From positions 13,259 to 77,258 of IMG/VR virus record IMGVR_UViG_3300010370_002417: 64,000 nucleotides of DNA. One strand, written 5' to 3'. Both the position numbers and the translations under genes were made by a program. Within the stretch, counting starts at the first letter, position 1; the number at the start of each line of letters is the position of its first letter. This document shows positions 35,295 through 44,871 of the stretch, in pieces. The notes below the pieces were generated by a model, which saw nothing but the letters and a program-made list of their open reading frames with translations, was not told where the DNA came from and ran no database searches. The DNA is from a virus.

Positions 35295-36430
35295 GACAAT
35301 TCCTTGTAGGGCTTCAAAATGTTTTCGTAAATGCAAGTAGAAAGGGCGCACATCATCTTTGGTGCAACCATGCGACCGATGCGTTCAGCCTGCTGATCGA
35401 ACGTACCAGTCAATTCATAATCATCAGGTAAGCTCATGATACGCTTCATTTCTTTGATTGTCAACTTTCTATTCGCCGCGTAGTGCATAACACCACTGGC
35501 GCTTCTTTGCTGACCCATCTGTGTGAGCGTAGGAGATGGCTTGTTGGGAGCTGGTCGTTTCATATTGAAGCAAGACGTCTTACCGTTGACTGGTCCTGGC
35601 TTCAATACTTTGTGAGGATTGAAAGGCATTGTTTCCACGAATTTCTTCTGGAAACTATTTTCGCAGAAGTCCAGGAGCATTTGAACTTCTGCTGGATCAT
35701 TATCGATCCCTTCTATTGCGCTGGCGATTGATACACCATCGCTTGTCGTAGGCATTGGAAATACTCGACTCGCGAGTTGATACTCCTCCAGCCCCAGAGC
35801 CGCGAACACATCGTTCCTGACTCCCACGAAGAATGTTCTCATACGACTCTGGGGCACCCCAAACTTCGAAGCATCCATGACTTGATACACCATCTTATAG
35901 CCTGGTGTAATGCGTTCGAAGCCTGTTACGAAATCTCTTAGTTTCTCAATAGCAGCTCGGGCTGTGATTCCCTCGACGTTTTCTGCTATAATGACTTTAG
36001 GTTGGATATCCTCTGCAATCCTTATATATTCCAGGAACAAGTCTTCAATGTTCTTTACAGTCTTGCCATCGGAATATTTTTTCTCTCTGTTCCAACCTTT
36101 CTTCCCTTTACCAGAAGATGAAAATGCAGAACACGGTGGAGATCCATCAAGAATATCAAGCTCGCCTGGATTTAGATTACCGATCTCGAGCAGATCTTTT
36201 CCTTTTATATTCTTGATATCTCCAAGGATTACCTTCGTGTCGGGAAAGTTGCGCGAATAGGTAGCCACTGCTTCCTCAACGAACTCGTTGATCGCGACAA
36301 CTTTCCCGCCTGCAAGCCGATATCCAGTTGAAGATCCGCCACCGCCTGCGAATGTTGAGACCACCGTAAACAGTTCGCGCGCGGACGAGCGTCGCACATC
36401 TTCAATAGTATATGGCTGATAGTTGCTCAC
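35291..36430 (-). CDS. C5 cytosine DNA methyltransferase, candidate carboxymethyltransferase
   Basis: Motifs I FAGGGG, IV GSPPC, VI ENV, VIII PQSR.R and IX RKLT..E..R; motif X reads IGRMV instead of GNxV. Confidence 0.88.
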   Translation of the reverse strand: MSNYQPYTIEDVRRSSARELFTVVSTFAGGGGSSTGYRLAGGKVVAINEFVEEAVATYSRNFPDTKVILGDIKNIKGKDLLEIGNLNPGELDILDGSPPCSAFSSSGKGKKGWNREKKYSDGKTVKNIEDLFLEYIRIAEDIQPKVIIAENVEGITARAAIEKLRDFVTGFERITPGYKMVYQVMDASKFGVPQSRMRTFFVGVRNDVFAALGLEEYQLASRVFPMPTTSDGVSIASAIEGIDNDPAEVQMLLDFCENSFQKKFVETMPFNPHKVLKPGPVNGKTSCFNMKRPAPNKPSPTLTQMGQQRSASGVMHYAANRKLTIKEMKRIMSLPDDYELTGTFDQQAERIGRMVAPKMMCALSTCIYENILKPYKELS

Positions 36431-36957
36431 GCAGTCCTCATTCTTCGTTCAGCTTTGTTCTTGAAGTTCTTCGCTTGTTCTAGATGAAACCGATTAGCTC
36501 TTTGCTGGAATGTGATTCCATTGAGATGATCGTACTCGTGCTGAAACACGCGAGCAGTATATCCTTCATAACGTGTAGTGCCAGCTTCTCCATCCCATCC
36601 ACGATAGCGGACACGAATACCGCGCGATCTTTTGATTTTGATGAACATCCCAGGATACGTCAGACATCCTTCTTCGTATATCACTTTTTCTTCATCGTAG
36701 TCTAGGATGATTGGATTGAATACGCCAATGATGCTTGCTGGATCGCTGAAATTGCCAATAACAAAAACGCGAGTCATGATTCCTAGCTGACAAGCAGAAA
36801 GACCGACACCTTTGTTGGCTATCATCGTATCGCGCAGAAGCTCGTACAACTCTTTGGCGTTGTAGTGAGTTCCGTCTTCTGTCGTGTATCCCGCTTCAAA
36901 GTCAAACTCTGGGCAGATTTGCGAAAGCCTTGGATCGTTACCTTTTAGAAGTTCCAT
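36427..36957 (-). CDS. def: Peptide deformylase
   Basis: GVGLSACQLG, EGCLT and QHEYDHLNG motifs. Confidence 0.95.
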   Translation of the reverse strand: MELLKGNDPRLSQICPEFDFEAGYTTEDGTHYNAKELYELLRDTMIANKGVGLSACQLGIMTRVFVIGNFSDPASIIGVFNPIILDYDEEKVIYEEGCLTYPGMFIKIKRSRGIRVRYRGWDGEAGTTRYEGYTARVFQHEYDHLNGITFQQRANRFHLEQAKNFKNKAERRMRTA

Positions 36958-38660
36958 TACACTATCCTACTAAAATTCTTCTGCTTTGTAAAGCGAATAA
37001 CGTTGCTAAACTTATCGTGTAGAACATCACCCTTATGCGAGATGACAAATATATTCGTTTGTTCCAAATTATGAATGAGCTTCAGAAACTCATCACAGCC
37101 ATTTGCATCAAGCGACGCGTCGAATACTTCGTCTAGAATCAGAAGATTCGTGTTGGCGCTGTTCTTCATGCGAGCGATTGAACGCCACGTGAAAAGAAGC
37201 GCAAGATCGATACGCATCTTTTCGCCTTCACTGAAAGAATCGTAAGTAAAGTCGTCGCGATGGCGCGATAGGATCTTTTCTTCGAACGACTCGTTCAACT
37301 CGAACTTCACGAAGAAGTCCATGGCGGCGAGGTATTTATTCACCAAAGTATTGATGACTGGTACATACTGTTTTATGATGCGAGACTTGATGCCGCTATC
37401 GCGAAGGATAACAGTAGCAAGATCGAACATTTCACGCTCTTCGAGAATAACATTCTTCTTTCCTAGAAGTGCAGTATAGTCTTCGTTCAATTGTTTGATG
37501 ACAGATTCGTTGAACGCTTCTGTCTTTTTCTCGGCGTCATTTATTTCTTTAGTCCAAAGAGAGATTTCTTTTTGATGGGTCTTGATGGAAGACTGTAGCT
37601 CCCGTAGAACGTTTTGCTTTGCACTAATCTCACGTTGTATCCGCGAGATAGAATCCAACCGATTCTCCGCTTCGCGTAAGTTGTCTTGTAACGACGCGAG
37701 CGCGATATCAACATCTGTGATAATCTTTTCTTTCTCATCGATTTTCTCACATTTTATAGTTTCGTCAATATTCTGCGTGCATGTAGGACATTCATCGTTA
37801 TCGTGATAGAACTTGATAGTTTTGCGCGCATTACTCTTTTTCTTCTCAAGATTAGATTCGAGATTGAGTATCTTTTGAATTCTTGCGCTTACAGTTTCTT
37901 TGTCGTCGATTTGCGTAAGAAGATCATTGATTTCAGCTTCAACAGTAGCAGCTTCCGCTTCGTCACGCAGGAACGATGCGTTAGCTGTTTCAATACGCTT
38001 ACGATATTCATCGATCTTCTCGCTCTTTTCTTGCGCCAAGTCGTTGCGCAACTTCTCTTGCAGTTTGATGCTTTCGCTTGTGTTGGATATATCGTTTTCG
38101 TTGAGCTTATATGTTTCGCGATTAGTAGCAACGCGATCTTTGAGCAACAAAGCCATCGAGGAAAAGACGCGGATATCTAACAAATCCTCGATGACTTCGC
38201 GTCGCACATTGGTTGTAAGTTGCATGAACGGAACGAAAGAAGAAGATCCCAGGATAACTATCTGGGTGAACGACTTCATGCTCAACTTAAGAATGTTCTT
38301 CTCAAGCATTTCCTGATAGTCGCGCATAGCTGCGTCTTGATCGATCAGAGATCCGTCTTCATAGATCTCAAACAGATTTGGCTTGATACCACGCTTGATT
38401 ATGTACTGATGATCGTGTGTGTTGAACTCAATCTCAACAACAACATCGCGTCCATTGACCGAGTTGATAAGTTGATCTTTCTTGATCTTACGGAATGGCT
38501 TGCCATACAAACCAAAACACAATGCGTCGAGCATTGTAGATTTGCCAGCGCCGTTCTCACCAACGATGAGCGTAGAGTCGTTCTCGTTTAGCTTGATTTC
38601 TGTAAATGCGTTGCCAGTCGAAAGGAAGTTCTTCCAGCGCACCTTTTTGAAATGAATCAT
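36957..38660 (-). CDS. 46: Recombination ATPase gp46 (Rad50/SbcC-like)
   Basis: GENGAGKS, CPTC hook, FSEGEK, LILDE and ISH motifs. Confidence 0.96.
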   Translation of the reverse strand: MIHFKKVRWKNFLSTGNAFTEIKLNENDSTLIVGENGAGKSTMLDALCFGLYGKPFRKIKKDQLINSVNGRDVVVEIEFNTHDHQYIIKRGIKPNLFEIYEDGSLIDQDAAMRDYQEMLEKNILKLSMKSFTQIVILGSSSFVPFMQLTTNVRREVIEDLLDIRVFSSMALLLKDRVATNRETYKLNENDISNTSESIKLQEKLRNDLAQEKSEKIDEYRKRIETANASFLRDEAEAATVEAEINDLLTQIDDKETVSARIQKILNLESNLEKKKSNARKTIKFYHDNDECPTCTQNIDETIKCEKIDEKEKIITDVDIALASLQDNLREAENRLDSISRIQREISAKQNVLRELQSSIKTHQKEISLWTKEINDAEKKTEAFNESVIKQLNEDYTALLGKKNVILEEREMFDLATVILRDSGIKSRIIKQYVPVINTLVNKYLAAMDFFVKFELNESFEEKILSRHRDDFTYDSFSEGEKMRIDLALLFTWRSIARMKNSANTNLLILDEVFDASLDANGCDEFLKLIHNLEQTNIFVISHKGDVLHDKFSNVIRFTKQKNFSRIV

Positions 38661-38845
38661 TTATTCCCAATAATATCACAAGGATGATCTTGGTCATCCC
38701 ATCTGTATCGACCAACAAGATTTAAGAGAAGGCGCGTCTTAGTTTCAGCGCATTCAAATATCTGTACGCCTTGGCGACGTTCAATATAAATGTATTCTTT
38801 GCCTTCACGACTTATATAGGTTTCGCCAGCAACGAATGTCATCAC
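38657..38845 (-). CDS. Small hypothetical protein
   Basis: 62-aa ORF with 4-nt overlaps on both sides. Confidence 0.6.
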   Translation of the reverse strand: MMTFVAGETYISREGKEYIYIERRQGVQIFECAETKTRLLLNLVGRYRWDDQDHPCDIIGNK

Positions 38846-39903
38846 TCAGTTTCCATTTGAAGAGCTTCATTATATAACGAACGCATGAGCTTGTCAAGTT
38901 TTTCATTATCTACATTAGACTCAATCGTCTTGATATATTTCGACAGAATCGTAAGAGTATCTTCAGCCTCATTCAATAATTCTTGCTCGTCGATAGAATC
39001 CATGTTGCGATGATCTTCGACGATAGTAACTTCAATTGGGCTGGCTTCGTAGAGCTTCGTAGTAAACAAATCAAACGTGAACGGATTATCTTTGTTAGAT
39101 ACAATGAGTTTTACGTATGCGCCAGCATACTTACTGAAGTCGCGTTCTAGGATTTCTTCTGTCGTCTTATCTTTATCGTTGTACCACACTTTGCGAAACA
39201 TCTTGTAAGGATTTTCTATAAACGCCAACTCACGAGTTTCAGTATCGAAGATATGGAATCCCTTAGGGTCATCGTAGTCGCTCCAAGTAAATTCAGCATG
39301 ACTACCAAGATAATGGATATTCCCACTAGAGGAACGATGATGATAATGACCAGAGCATACCAAATCAAACCTATCAAAAATAGACCGGTCATCACCGTGA
39401 CTGACAGGACTGCCTCGATACATTTCGAAGCCAGCGATTTCAAGATGTCCCATGCAGATTTGAGCATTGGTCTTCCTTATGAGATTCATCGCGTGTTCAC
39501 GATTGTCTTCGCAAATCCACGGCATAAACAAAATCTTGACACCATCGAACTCGACTTCCGTCGCTTCTTCATACAGAATGAAGTCGTCTAGATACGCTTC
39601 TCTAATGGCGTTGACTGAATTCGTATTCTTGTAATAGGTGTCGTGGTTTCCGAGGGTGAGATGTGGCTTGATGCCTCTTGCGTGTAGAGGTGAAATAAAA
39701 TCCTCACGCAGGCGTCGCGCTGTATAGATGTTAATGTATTTACGGCGATCAACAAGATCACCGAGATGGATAACAGTAGAGATGCTATTATCATCGATAT
39801 ACGGAAAGAAAACATTATCTAGAAACTTCTTGTTGTTGTCAAGGAACGCAATCTGATCGTTGCGCACACCCCAGTGGGTGTCAGTGATAATAGCAATTTT
39901 CAT
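38842..39903 (-). CDS. 47: Recombination nuclease gp47 (Mre11/SbcD-like)
   Basis: DTHWG, GDLVD, GNHD and SGHYH motifs. Confidence 0.95.
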   Translation of the reverse strand: MKIAIITDTHWGVRNDQIAFLDNNKKFLDNVFFPYIDDNSISTVIHLGDLVDRRKYINIYTARRLREDFISPLHARGIKPHLTLGNHDTYYKNTNSVNAIREAYLDDFILYEEATEVEFDGVKILFMPWICEDNREHAMNLIRKTNAQICMGHLEIAGFEMYRGSPVSHGDDRSIFDRFDLVCSGHYHHRSSSGNIHYLGSHAEFTWSDYDDPKGFHIFDTETRELAFIENPYKMFRKVWYNDKDKTTEEILERDFSKYAGAYVKLIVSNKDNPFTFDLFTTKLYEASPIEVTIVEDHRNMDSIDEQELLNEAEDTLTILSKYIKTIESNVDNEKLDKLMRSLYNEALQMETE

Positions 39904-39909
39904 AATGTA

Positions 39910-39938
39910 ATTCTATCACGCTACCTTAGAGTTGTCAA
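39910..39938 (-). promoter_or_regulatory. Sigma70 promoter, predicted leaderless, for gp47
   Basis: TTGACA-17-TAGAAT-6 nt-ATG. Confidence 0.7.
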
Positions 39939-40458
39939 TCTTTTTATTGCGCTTGATGTTCTTGCTCGCTTCGAAGTCAGCCATGAACTTTTCCATCTGC
40001 TCCTTCGACCACTCGCCATACTTGATATCTGTGTCATGTGATCTATCGCCATCCTGCGATTCAGAAGTCTCACCCATGATATTGGCGTATTCGATAGCGG
40101 CATACTTAGTGTAGAGATGCTTCTTCTCTTTCTGAATGCGACGAATGAATGCAAAGTAAATGATCTGCGTAAAATACGCAAACGGATTCTGAGACTTAGC
40201 AGGATCGAAGTTATTGATGTAGAGCAAACAGTTCTCGATACCGTCAGAAATCATTTCTTCGCGGAACGTATAGTTTGCAAAGTTCGGACGATAGGCTAAG
40301 TGAGTAGCGATCTTCATGATACACTCGCCAATGTAGTGCGGGATACGAGGGTTTTGTTTACCTGTATCTTTAGCTTCGTTGACAAGATTCTTGTATTCTA
40401 TCATCGCAGCATACAGATCTTTGTTGTTGACGTAGTGTGTCTTCTTCTTAGCAGTCAT
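39916..40458 (-). CDS. 55: Late-transcription sigma factor gp55
   Basis: HYVNNKDL, YIGECIMKIA..L...PNF..Y and NPFAYFTQI motifs. Confidence 0.95.
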   Translation of the reverse strand: MTAKKKTHYVNNKDLYAAMIEYKNLVNEAKDTGKQNPRIPHYIGECIMKIATHLAYRPNFANYTFREEMISDGIENCLLYINNFDPAKSQNPFAYFTQIIYFAFIRRIQKEKKHLYTKYAAIEYANIMGETSESQDGDRSHDTDIKYGEWSKEQMEKFMADFEASKNIKRNKKIDNSKVA

Positions 40459-40859
40459 TAGTGTATGGTTCCTGAACTGTTGTTCGCATTATTGATGATA
40501 GCCTGTGATAGCGCGCGACTTACTAAACGACGGGCTTCTTCTTCGCGCATCTGCCTAACGCTTCTAGATTCTTTATTGATAGAGTTTAGATACTTTTCTG
40601 CAACTTCGTCATCTACTAACATATACGTCATAATATGCGACTTGTCAAGTCTTATCTTCTCAGTCATCATATTTTCGAATGGAATCCATCGCATGATGGC
40701 TGTAGTCACAACCATATTGGAAGGAGACTGCATGGCTTCTACTCTGTATGGCTGAGTGACATATAAGCAATCTGGCTCATCGCCAACAAGCATGCAAAGT
40801 AGATCTTCGCCATTATTCAGTTTCAGAAAATAAACTTCGCCTTCCTGTTGCATCATCAC
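40458..40859 (-). CDS. Sm-like hypothetical protein
   Basis: LKLNNGEDLL...WIPF pattern; conserved position between uvsW and 55. Confidence 0.65.
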   Translation of the reverse strand: MMMQQEGEVYFLKLNNGEDLLCMLVGDEPDCLYVTQPYRVEAMQSPSNMVVTTAIMRWIPFENMMTEKIRLDKSHIMTYMLVDDEVAEKYLNSINKESRSVRQMREEEARRLVSRALSQAIINNANNSSGTIH

Positions 40860-42309
40860 TCCTTAGCTTGATAGCGTGCAGTTCATAAGGAAACCCTTCG
40901 CTATTATACATCTTGACACGTTCAATAAGATGATTGAGAGTATAGTTTTTCTTATTGCTGTGTGACAGATTATCAGCGATATCAAATAGTGTGCAAGTAT
41001 TCTTTACGTCTGAAATGCGAAGTCCACGACCAATAGATTGCAGCGTTCTAATACGACTCTTCGTTGGGCTTGCGAATATGACGTTGTGTAGGTTTCTGAT
41101 ATTTATACCCGTCGAGAATGTGCCGTAAGATGCGACGATTATAGCATCAGTTTCTTTCTCTACGATACTGCGAATCTCTTCGCGTTCTTCACCGTCAACG
41201 CCGCCATGCACGAAAAACACTTTACGATTCTCAGCTTTGTTGTTTATCAGATCGTAGAGAACTTGTCCATGCTTCTCGACGTATGCGTAGAGTATCAGCG
41301 TATTACCTTTGAGCGATAGCGCAAGATTACGGATAAATGTGTTGCGCGGCGGAAACGAGATTATATGCTCGACTTCTTCCTGATAGCTGCATCCAGCTAG
41401 TCGCTTGCATTCTTCGATAGGATGATTGAGCGTAAGAACTTTCACTTTGAGCTGTGCGAGTTTACCCGTATCAATAAGTTCTTTCGTATCGATGATCTTA
41501 TGCGTAGGACCAAACAATCCTGTTAGTACAAGCTCGTTGACCTGCGATCCATCCAGTGTACCAGTAAGACCAAAACGATATTTCGTGTTAGTCATATTAG
41601 TCATGATCTTTGTAAGAGACTGCGCTTTGAACAGATGCGCTTCGTCACCTATGATTAGATCAAACGAATCAAAATACGATTTAGGAAGTTCATAAACCGA
41701 TTGCCATGTTGAGATGGTAACAGGCTTATTAGATGCTTTGTCTTGTCCACCAAATACAGTATGAACGTTAGCATCGACATCAAAACCGTAATCAGCAAAA
41801 TCGGAACGTAGCTGATGAACAAGAGAAATAGTCGGAACAAGTATAAGAGCACGACCAGCATAATAACGAACCAATGAGTAGATGATTAGTGACTTACCAC
41901 TAGCAGTAGGAGAAATGAGAATACCGCGATTGTTCCTAATCGCCAGAGCAAGTGCGCGTATTTGATGCTCGTGAGCTTCGAATGGTAGATTGAGTGATTG
42001 TGTGAACTCTTTTGCTTCTGCAAGAGAATATTCCTCTGTTTCTATTAAATTGGAATCAACTTCGATGGAGTAGTCGCGTTCTTCGCAGAATTGCTTGATC
42101 TCGTTAGCCAGTCCTGCATACGTTTGCATGTTGCGTGAGTTGAGCAAACGAATCTTTCCATCCCACACACGCGACTTATATTTTGGTGAGAACTTAGCTC
42201 CAGGCACTTCAAAAGTTAAATGTTCCGCGAGCTCGCGCGCGATACCCATATCGCCGTCTACGCGAAGCCATGCTTCATTTACTTTTGTGAGCTTTAGGTC
42301 AGAATCCAT
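40813..42309 (-). CDS. uvsW: UvsW SF2 helicase
   Basis: WDGKIRL, SPTASGKS, GDEAH, GLTGT and QSIGRGLR motifs. Confidence 0.95.
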   Translation of the reverse strand: MDSDLKLTKVNEAWLRVDGDMGIARELAEHLTFEVPGAKFSPKYKSRVWDGKIRLLNSRNMQTYAGLANEIKQFCEERDYSIEVDSNLIETEEYSLAEAKEFTQSLNLPFEAHEHQIRALALAIRNNRGILISPTASGKSLIIYSLVRYYAGRALILVPTISLVHQLRSDFADYGFDVDANVHTVFGGQDKASNKPVTISTWQSVYELPKSYFDSFDLIIGDEAHLFKAQSLTKIMTNMTNTKYRFGLTGTLDGSQVNELVLTGLFGPTHKIIDTKELIDTGKLAQLKVKVLTLNHPIEECKRLAGCSYQEEVEHIISFPPRNTFIRNLALSLKGNTLILYAYVEKHGQVLYDLINNKAENRKVFFVHGGVDGEEREEIRSIVEKETDAIIVASYGTFSTGINIRNLHNVIFASPTKSRIRTLQSIGRGLRISDVKNTCTLFDIADNLSHSNKKNYTLNHLIERVKMYNSEGFPYELHAIKLRSDDATGRRSLFSETE

Positions 42310-42736
42310 TCGTGAACTTTCGCCACTCAATCGCAGACTTGATATCGTATCCGCGCTTGTGAATGCACTTCATAATTTCTACGATCACTTCAACCTTTTC
42401 TTCGAGCAACGCTATCCGTTCATCCATCTTGATAAGATCGCGGTCTGAATCTATGTAGCCCTGAACTTCGTTCTTCAGGACTTTGTTAAGAAATGGCTCG
42501 CGCCCAATACGTTCGAGATCTTGTGGATTGTTTAGATTGCCAAGATAATAATCACGGAGCGTGCTATAATGTGACTTCTTCTTAATCATGATCGCGCGCA
42601 ATTGACTGCGCGTTTCGCTCAGTAGGCGATTGTATTTGGCGTGTAATGAGGATATGTTAAGAGAGTCGGCGTCCAAGTTAAGATCATCGTACTTGGCGTC
42701 TTTTTCCCACATTTCATAAAGTTCTTCAAGGGTCAT
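42299..42736 (-). CDS. uvsY: UvsY recombination mediator
   Basis: W.KD...LHAKY...IKSAIEWRKF.NG motif; upstream of uvsW. Confidence 0.88.
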   Translation of the reverse strand: MTLEELYEMWEKDAKYDDLNLDADSLNISSLHAKYNRLLSETRSQLRAIMIKKKSHYSTLRDYYLGNLNNPQDLERIGREPFLNKVLKNEVQGYIDSDRDLIKMDERIALLEEKVEVIVEIMKCIHKRGYDIKSAIEWRKFTNGF

Positions 42737-42742
42737 TTTATA

Positions 42743-42771
42743 ATTCTACTACAGATTAAGCCAGTTGTCAA
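42743..42771 (-). promoter_or_regulatory. Sigma70 promoter, predicted leaderless, for uvsY
   Basis: TTGACA-17-TAGAAT-6 nt-ATG. Confidence 0.7.
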
Positions 42772-42784
42772 GAATAAAAATATC

Positions 42785-42813
42785 TTGACAAGCAAACAGT
42801 TTGGCCAAATAAT
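42785..42813 (+). promoter_or_regulatory. Divergent antisense sigma70-like promoter
   Basis: TTGACA-17-AATAAT pointing into the 3' end of gp3. Confidence 0.45.
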
Positions 42814-42836
42814 TTGAATGTGTTCAAGCGATCATA

Positions 42837-43382
42837 TTACGTTTCTAAAACGTAACGGCGATATCTAAATGTGGCTGTAGCTTCGAGATATTCTAACGTG
42901 GTGTTAGTCGTATCAAAAGTAAGCTCTGTCAATCCAATTGGAAACAGATCATAAAAGAAAACATTTTTATTGAGATTCTTGTTACTTGTCAATATCGACA
43001 GTACGCCGTCAGAAACGAAAGTCATAGCTGTTCCTATTCCACGATACATAGGAACTTCACTTCTAATCTGCTTTGATAGGTTAGTGGTTTGTTCGAGGCT
43101 TTCAGGATGTCCTAGTCCTTCAATCCAGGACTGAATCTCAAAGTAATTTCTAAGATCCTCGTCAACTTTAAATCTAATTGTCAGCGGATCATATGTAATT
43201 CTATCCCCAGGACGAGGAACAAATGCAAATGGCGTAGGAGATTCAATCGCGACCATAGAAACGGAAGGGAGCGTTACGGTCTGACAGAAATAATTAACGC
43301 CAGGCAATCTCTTGATCGCAAAACGAAATCCGTTTTGACCAAGGAAATTGATATTAGTAGGTTGATTGTCTAATGCTGACAT
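42837..43382 (-). CDS. 3: Tail completion / tube terminator gp3-like
   Basis: NFL....FRF.I.RLP...YFCQ...LP, L.IRF.VDEDL.NY.EI..W and ATFRY motifs; follows gp23. Confidence 0.8.
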   Translation of the reverse strand: MSALDNQPTNINFLGQNGFRFAIKRLPGVNYFCQTVTLPSVSMVAIESPTPFAFVPRPGDRITYDPLTIRFKVDEDLRNYFEIQSWIEGLGHPESLEQTTNLSKQIRSEVPMYRGIGTAMTFVSDGVLSILTSNKNLNKNVFFYDLFPIGLTELTFDTTNTTLEYLEATATFRYRRYVLET

Positions 43383-43396
43383 ATCACTATTTAGTC

Positions 43397-43424
43397 AAAA
43401 AAAAGGGAGAGCCGAAGCTCTCCC
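43397..43424 (-). terminator. Rho-independent terminator after gp23
   Basis: GGGAGAGC-TTCG-GCTCTCCC followed by a T run. Confidence 0.9.
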
Positions 43425-43451
43425 AGTTTGCGGCTTGAAACCGTCTTCTTA

Positions 43452-44846
43452 TTACATAAGGTTCGTAACAGCAACGAAGCGATAGTAGAGGTTCGCCTTT
43501 GCGTCGCCGAACGAGCCGATCGTGCCGTCTGCAGTCGACGTTGCGAATGGGTTTGCAACCATGCCGTAACGTGTCTTGAAGCCGATCTTTGGCTGGAACG
43601 TATCCTGACCAACGGCGCGAACCATCTGGAGAGGAACGTATGGGCAGTAGAACAGACCGGCGTCGAAAGCTGAAGAGCCCTTATAGCCGAGTGTGAAGTA
43701 CTGCTTGCCAGAAGACGATGTGAAGTATGGGTCGATATAGACCTTGATACGTCCATTGAGAACACCAGCGAAGGTGTTGCCCGTGTCGTCGACGTTGAGG
43801 TTGTTAGCAAGAGCTGGGGTGTAGTCCAGAACGCCTGCCATCTGAAGAGCTGATGCAACGTCCGATCCGCAGATCAGAACGTTACCCTTGCCGCGGCGGG
43901 TTGCCTTAGCAATCTGGTTAGCTTCGCGCTCGATCTGGAACAGAAGTCCCTTGAACTTCTCAACCATCCAACGACCGTTTGAGTCAACGTCGAGGTTAAA
44001 CGTACCAGCAGTTGTTACGTTTTCCTGAGCGCCAGCCGAAGCGGTGTAGTTGATTGTACGAACAACTTCTCTGTTGATTTCCGAAAGGATTTCAGCAGCG
44101 AGGATGTTGGAGAGCTCGGTCTCAGCGTCGAGGCCGTGGATAGCCTTGAGATCCTGAGCGAGTTCCATCGTGTACTCAGCCTTCAGAGCACGCGATACGG
44201 CTGTAACAGCAACCTTCTCGATCGAGAAAGCCATTTCCTGGAAGCCGTTAGCAGCTCCGTCGCCGAGAGCTTCAGCAGCGGAACGTGACATACCGGTCGA
44301 AACGGTATAGCCAGAAGCGCCAGCCTTTACACGACCCGTTGGATCGCTGCCGTCCTGAACACGTCCGGTTGAAGAGTTAGCAACAACCTTACGTGAAGCT
44401 GTGTTACCAGCAGCAGAAGCAGAGAAGGTTGTGTTAGCTTCGTTGAAGAGAGCTTCCGAACCACCCTGTGTGCTGTAACGTGAACGCATTGCGAAGATCA
44501 GGCCTGTTGGACCTGTCATTGGCTGAACGCCGCAGATATCGTATGCGATCAGGTTTGGCATGGAACGACGAACCAGCGAGATGAGAACTGGATCGAACGT
44601 GTCGATCGAGCCGTCACCTGCTGTGGATGACGAAGCACCCATAGCGTTGATTGGAGCAGCTTCGCCCAGGAGACCTGGAGCGCGATATCCGCCCGAACCG
44701 AATGAATCTTCACGAGCAGCCTTCTCCTGATTCTCAAGGAGCTGAGCCACTACGCTACGACGATGAACGTCCTTAATGGGAGCCAGATCAGGATGTTCCA
44801 GGACTGGCTGCCACTTCTTCTGAATTGTCTCGTTCAGAGATTGCAT
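43452..44846 (-). CDS. 23: Major capsid protein gp23
   Basis: LVRR.MP.LIAYDICGVQPM.GPTGLIFAMR, RALKAEYTMELAQDL and FQPKIGFKTRYG motifs. Confidence 0.98.
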   Translation of the reverse strand: MQSLNETIQKKWQPVLEHPDLAPIKDVHRRSVVAQLLENQEKAAREDSFGSGGYRAPGLLGEAAPINAMGASSSTAGDGSIDTFDPVLISLVRRSMPNLIAYDICGVQPMTGPTGLIFAMRSRYSTQGGSEALFNEANTTFSASAAGNTASRKVVANSSTGRVQDGSDPTGRVKAGASGYTVSTGMSRSAAEALGDGAANGFQEMAFSIEKVAVTAVSRALKAEYTMELAQDLKAIHGLDAETELSNILAAEILSEINREVVRTINYTASAGAQENVTTAGTFNLDVDSNGRWMVEKFKGLLFQIEREANQIAKATRRGKGNVLICGSDVASALQMAGVLDYTPALANNLNVDDTGNTFAGVLNGRIKVYIDPYFTSSSGKQYFTLGYKGSSAFDAGLFYCPYVPLQMVRAVGQDTFQPKIGFKTRYGMVANPFATSTADGTIGSFGDAKANLYYRFVAVTNLM

Positions 44847-44871
44847 TTTCTTATTTCTCCTAATTTACCTA

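Noticed and set aside
5891-42330. Longest-ORF starts for dps, glutaredoxin, metallopeptidase, hsp20, cmoA, uvsW and others
   Set aside because: They run through upstream genes or promoters; downstream starts with RBS or stop/start overlap fit better.
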